DNA of 64,000 nucleotides from Candidatus Nitrosopelagicus sp. (lineage in GTDB: Archaea > Thermoproteota > Nitrososphaeria > Nitrososphaerales > Nitrosopumilaceae). The stretch is from contig JAOMDA010000005.1 in the NCBI GenBank assembly GCA_028345295.1, positions 1,117 through 65,116 on the forward strand. The letters are read 5' to 3'. Below, in pieces: positions 60,261-64,000 of the stretch. The position numbers were made by a program, and so were the translations under genes. The number at the start of each line of letters is the position of its first letter. Position 1 is the first letter of the stretch. The notes beneath the pieces were generated by a model. It did not search any database. It saw only the letters and a program-made list of their open reading frames with translations, and was not told the origin of the DNA.

Positions 60261-60893
60261 CTAAATATCTAATACAGCTTTCTTTCTCTCATTTTCCAAA
60301 AGACGGAATCCATTTTTGTCAATCAATGCAACATTGATTCCATCACCAGTGCCTATGTTTCTTGTTATTGCTGCTTTAACTGCACGTAAAGCAATTATTT
60401 TTGCATCATCTAAACTAAGATCATCACGGTATTCATCTTCTAACAAACCATATGCAACAGGTGAACCACTTCCTGTAGTAACATAACTTTTCTCTTCAAC
60501 AGAGCCAAACATGTCTATATTGAATAATTGTGGTCCTTGATTATCATATCCACCAACTAAGATGTCAGCAATAAATGGATATCCTCTATTTTGATGAAAC
60601 ATTAATGATGTTAATCTAGATAGTGATCTAATTGGTATTGGTTCCTGGTTTTGAATTCTATGAACATTTGCGTGATAACGTAAGACATCAACAATGTTTT
60701 GTGCATCAGCTACACCACCTGCCAAAGTTAATCCAGCATGCTGTTCAATCTTCTGAATTTTCATAGTGTTATTATTTGCAATAAAATAACCTGCACTTGC
60801 TCTCATATCAGCACAAAGGACAACGCCCTCTTTTACCTTGATTGCTACAGTCGTAGTACCATGCAGTATTTTTTCTTCAACATTATTTGACAT
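60261..60893 (-). CDS. psmB: Proteasome beta subunit
   Basis: HG-TTTVAI propeptide junction, GSGS, RNIGTGDG. Confidence 0.95.
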   Translation of the reverse strand: MSNNVEEKILHGTTTVAIKVKEGVVLCADMRASAGYFIANNNTMKIQKIEQHAGLTLAGGVADAQNIVDVLRYHANVHRIQNQEPIPIRSLSRLTSLMFHQNRGYPFIADILVGGYDNQGPQLFNIDMFGSVEEKSYVTTGSGSPVAYGLLEDEYRDDLSLDDAKIIALRAVKAAITRNIGTGDGINVALIDKNGFRLLENERKKAVLDI

Positions 60894-60911
60894 AGAATTA
60901 CCTCGTTTAAG

Positions 60912-60927
60912 ATAGTATTAATACTAT
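60912..60927. promoter_or_regulatory. Perfect 16-bp palindrome ATAGTATTAATACTAT in the psmB/egsA divergent promoter
   Basis: Read directly; TATTAATA core 23 nt from the psmB start. Confidence 0.5.
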
Positions 60928-60965
60928 GGGACTCTTTTAAATAACTTTGTTATCGAGGTGATGTA

Positions 60966-62030
60966 ATGGGAATGAAAAGAAGATCAATATCTCATACCAT
61001 GGAACTGCCAAGACAAATTGTTGTTGGTGAAAATAATATTCAAGAGGTAGGTGAATTCCTACATGGACTATCTGCGAACTCAAAGAAAGTTTCAATTATT
61101 TCAGGTAAAAATGTCAAAAAAATTTTTGGTCAAGAAATTGATTCGTCACTAAAAGAATCTAGAATTAATTCCATTTGGCATCTTGCCAGTTCTAATCTTG
61201 TTCAAGATATAAAACAAATTCAAAAAAAGGTCAAGAATGCAAAAACTGACCTCATAATAGGAATTGGTGGTGGTAGATCTGTTGATATTGCAAAATTATG
61301 TTCATTTAATCTTAGAAAACCCTTTGTAAGTATCCCTACATCTGCATCACACGATGGTATTGCAAGTCCTTTTGTTTCTGTTAGAGGAGAAAAACCACAT
61401 TCACTTGTAGCAACAGCCCCTTTAGGAGTATTTGTAGATGTAAATGTAATCAAAGGAGCACCAAAAAAGCTACTTGCTAGTGGATGTGGTGATCTTATGG
61501 CAAAAGTTACAGCAGTAAAGGACTGGCAGTTAGGTCGTGATAAAAAAGGTGAGTATTACGGTAGATATTCCGCTGATTTAGCTTCAATGAGTGCAAAAAT
61601 TTTGATTGAAAGTTCACCTAGTTTTTCAAAAAAAGGTATAGATGCTAGAATTATTGTTGAAGCATTAATCAGTGCTGGTGTTGCTTCGTGTATTGCTGGA
61701 AGTAGCAGACCCTGTTCTGGTGCAGAACATTTGTTTTCACATGCTGTTGATCATTTAGAATTTGGTGTTGGATTACATGGAGAAAAGGTTGGAATTGGTG
61801 CAATTATGATTGCAAAGTTACAAGGTCAGGACTGGAAAAAAATTGTTAAAACTTTGAAAAATGTGGGAGCACCAACCACTGCAAAAGAGATTAGCCTAAA
61901 ACCAAAAGTACTAACAAAAGCATTAACTATTGCTCAATCTCTTAGACCAGAAAGATATACAATTCTAAGCGAAAAAAAGATTACAGAAAAAGATGCAATG
62001 AAACTTGCGAAAATTACTAAAGTACTATAA
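60966..62030 (+). CDS. egsA: sn-glycerol-1-phosphate dehydrogenase
   Basis: GIGGGRSVD, PTSASHDG, SGAEHLFSH, LHGEKVG. Confidence 0.95.
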   Translation: MGMKRRSISHTMELPRQIVVGENNIQEVGEFLHGLSANSKKVSIISGKNVKKIFGQEIDSSLKESRINSIWHLASSNLVQDIKQIQKKVKNAKTDLIIGIGGGRSVDIAKLCSFNLRKPFVSIPTSASHDGIASPFVSVRGEKPHSLVATAPLGVFVDVNVIKGAPKKLLASGCGDLMAKVTAVKDWQLGRDKKGEYYGRYSADLASMSAKILIESSPSFSKKGIDARIIVEALISAGVASCIAGSSRPCSGAEHLFSHAVDHLEFGVGLHGEKVGIGAIMIAKLQGQDWKKIVKTLKNVGAPTTAKEISLKPKVLTKALTIAQSLRPERYTILSEKKITEKDAMKLAKITKVL

Positions 62031-62777
62031 TTATTTGGGTTTTAATTCTGCTTCAGATTTATTTTCAGTCTGTTTTTCTTGAGGTTTTGGAACCTGTTTA
62101 TTCGTATATGTCTCAATAAAATTGATTTTCTGAATGGATGATACAAACTTGAATAAATCCATCTGAATGAAATGTTTGATTAGTGCAAGACCTTCTGCTC
62201 TGAAAATTTCTTCAGGTATGGTAATATCCAGCAAATCTTTATTTTTCTTAAAAACTAATTTGTCATCTTCAACTGGCATACGTGATTTTAAAATTGCTGA
62301 AATTTTATCATCGTCACCATCAAGTGATTTTTTTACATCTATTTCGTACAGAATTGTTTTTCCTGCATATCTATGGTTATAATCAATTTGAACTCTTCCA
62401 GATCCAATATAACGGATAATTCCTTTTTTATCATCAACTTCAACTGTGTCACCTACCGAAACTTTTTCAGCATCTTCTCCAAGCTTTCTTAAAGGAATCA
62501 TTCGTATTTTTCCTTTATCTCTAGCACCAAATCCTTTATCAGAACTTACTTCGATTGTTTTTTTGTCACCGACAGATGTTTCAGGTAGTGCATCATCTAA
62601 TCCTTTGATTACCCATGATTCTCCAACTGAAACTAATTTTGGTTGATATTTGATGTTAGGTTCATGAATAGAGTTTTTTTTAGCATCCTCTTCTATCGTA
62701 GTTTCAAAAACTTCACCTGTATCTTTGATCTTTGCAGTATAATCCAGTAAGATTAGTTGTCCTTTTTTTAATGCCAA
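62031..62777 (-). CDS. Long FKBP-type peptidyl-prolyl isomerase
   Basis: LDYTAK..FETT, VIKGLD, IDYNHRYAGKTILYEI. Confidence 0.9.
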   Translation of the reverse strand: MALKKGQLILLDYTAKIKDTGEVFETTIEEDAKKNSIHEPNIKYQPKLVSVGESWVIKGLDDALPETSVGDKKTIEVSSDKGFGARDKGKIRMIPLRKLGEDAEKVSVGDTVEVDDKKGIIRYIGSGRVQIDYNHRYAGKTILYEIDVKKSLDGDDDKISAILKSRMPVEDDKLVFKKNKDLLDITIPEEIFRAEGLALIKHFIQMDLFKFVSSIQKINFIETYTNKQVPKPQEKQTENKSEAELKPK

Positions 62778-62808
62778 CGTAGTCGATTTTGAATTTCCTT
62801 ATATTAAG

Positions 62809-63963
62809 CTAAAGGGAATCTAGTGGCTTCAGTTTTTCTTCTGCAACTTTTAATCCTGCTTGAGTATCTGTATCATAACCCATCATTGCCAATGTTGATG
62901 CAATTCCAGATATACATCTCATTACGTGGTAACGGTGTACTTCACCCATACAACCAACTCTGAATACTTTACCTTTGAGATTTCCAAAACCACCAGCAAC
63001 TAAAATTCTAAATTTCTTTGCAAGTGTATCTCGGAATATTTTATCTTCTAATCCATCAAGATAGTTTAATGCAATTACGACAGTAGAACGAGAGTTTTCA
63101 TCTGCGAATGGTGTTAATCCAATGGCAGATAATCCAGAATATAATGCATCTGAACAAATTCTATGACGTTGAATTCTGTTTTCCATACCTTCTTCAAGAA
63201 TAATTCTCATTGCTTCTCTATAGGCATAAAGAACAGGTAGTGCTGGAGTAAATGGAGTATGTTTAGCCTCATCATAATATTTGAAATATCTTGGTAGATT
63301 GAAATACATTGTATTTGGTGGATTATCTATCATATACTTTCTAGTTCTTTGATTAATACAAATTGGTGAAATTCCTGGTGGGCATGCAAATGCTTTTTGT
63401 GCACCAGTCATTGCAATATCAATTCCCCATTTATCCATGTGAAGTTCTTCGCCTCCAACAATTGATACACCGTCTAATACATAATAGGAATCATTTCTGG
63501 ATGTTAGGTCTTTAATTCTGTCAAGATAATTAATCATAGTGCCAGTTGAAGTTTCATTCCAAACACAGTAAAATGCTTTTACATCTTTGTTATTATCAAA
63601 TGCTTCTTTAACTTGATCAAATGTTGCGTTCACACCTGGTTCAGTTTCAATTCTAATTGTTTGACCACCTGCCCATTCAATTTGTTGGGCTAAACGAGAA
63701 CTAAATTCACCGTTAACTGGAATTATTACTTTGTCATCTTTTTTAATTAAATTTACAACAGAACATTCTGTAGCACCGGTGCCAGAAGCTGAAAGACAAA
63801 CTGCATCTCCTTCTGTTTCAAAAATTTTTTTTGTATTATCTACACACTCCTCATAAAGTTCTACAAAATCATCACTTCTATGATTAATAGATGGTGTAAC
63901 CATTGCTCTGGTCACTCGTTCTGGAACGTTTGTTGGTCCAGGTAACATAACTAAATATTCCAA
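62809..63963 (-). CDS. Class V PLP aminotransferase (serine-pyruvate/alanine-glyoxylate type)
   Basis: MLPGPT, NETSTG, DGVS, TGAQKAFACPPG, FRVGCMG. Confidence 0.93.
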   Translation of the reverse strand: MEYLVMLPGPTNVPERVTRAMVTPSINHRSDDFVELYEECVDNTKKIFETEGDAVCLSASGTGATECSVVNLIKKDDKVIIPVNGEFSSRLAQQIEWAGGQTIRIETEPGVNATFDQVKEAFDNNKDVKAFYCVWNETSTGTMINYLDRIKDLTSRNDSYYVLDGVSIVGGEELHMDKWGIDIAMTGAQKAFACPPGISPICINQRTRKYMIDNPPNTMYFNLPRYFKYYDEAKHTPFTPALPVLYAYREAMRIILEEGMENRIQRHRICSDALYSGLSAIGLTPFADENSRSTVVIALNYLDGLEDKIFRDTLAKKFRILVAGGFGNLKGKVFRVGCMGEVHRYHVMRCISGIASTLAMMGYDTDTQAGLKVAEEKLKPLDSL

Positions 63964-64000
63964 ATTTTTATTCTCCTATTGCAGAAATATTTGAAGGTTA

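Noticed and set aside
607-62646. Many 60-210 aa antisense or alternate-frame ORFs in the track (e.g. 1962-2420, 5799-6272, 10972-11481, 51685-52308, 57764-58270)
   Set aside because: They lie opposite or inside well-supported genes and show no motifs; shadow ORFs
52361-64000. CoA cluster, aCPSF1-psmB, egsA and FKBP neighbourhood
   Set aside because: Ordinary conserved archaeal housekeeping synteny
1-64000. tRNA, rRNA, SRP or RNase P genes
   Set aside because: No GC-rich structured intergenic segment or cloverleaf found by eye; a tRNAscan/Infernal run would be decisive

Overview
AT-rich chromosomal segment of a marine ammonia-oxidising archaeon (Nitrososphaerota, Nitrosopumilaceae-like), judged from gene content and synteny. 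Two complete rotary ATPase sets and the absence of any acidophile signal suggest a deep-water lineage (inference). (1) 0.3-9.1 kb: a second, Thermoplasmatales/Thermus-like V-type ATPase operon (K-E-C-F-A-B-D-orf43-H-I) inserted between pyrI and the native A-type operon. It contains an unannotated 43-aa membrane micro-gene, and its atpD has no ATG/GTG/TTG start. (2) 9.1-20.6 kb: the native split A-type ATPase genes with a rhodanese, amt and a wHTH gene. (3) 20.6-25.7 kb: core genes, including a catalytically degenerate solo Cas4, tmk, an HD hydrolase and pyrH. (4) 25.7-37.2 kb: a defence island with a NucS-like nuclease bracketed by a duplicated 13-bp promoter, a UvrD-RecB helicase-nuclease, and a type I RM locus hsdM-hsdS1-hsdR-hsdS2. 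The two hsdS genes share 21-, 90- and 52-bp direct repeats that flank hsdR, and 11-bp-phased repeats and an HTH gene follow. (5) 37.3-50.6 kb: small and envelope genes, including Cys-rich microproteins, a truncated S-layer paralogue, a PQQ sugar dehydrogenase, a PepSY protein, a ligand-less cupredoxin and an ABC exporter with a probable CTG start. (6) 50.6-64 kb: housekeeping genes (CoA biosynthesis, sepF, aCPSF1, psmB, egsA, FKBP, aminotransferase). No tRNA, rRNA, CRISPR array, integrase or transposase was seen. All family assignments come from motif recognition by eye; no database search was run.
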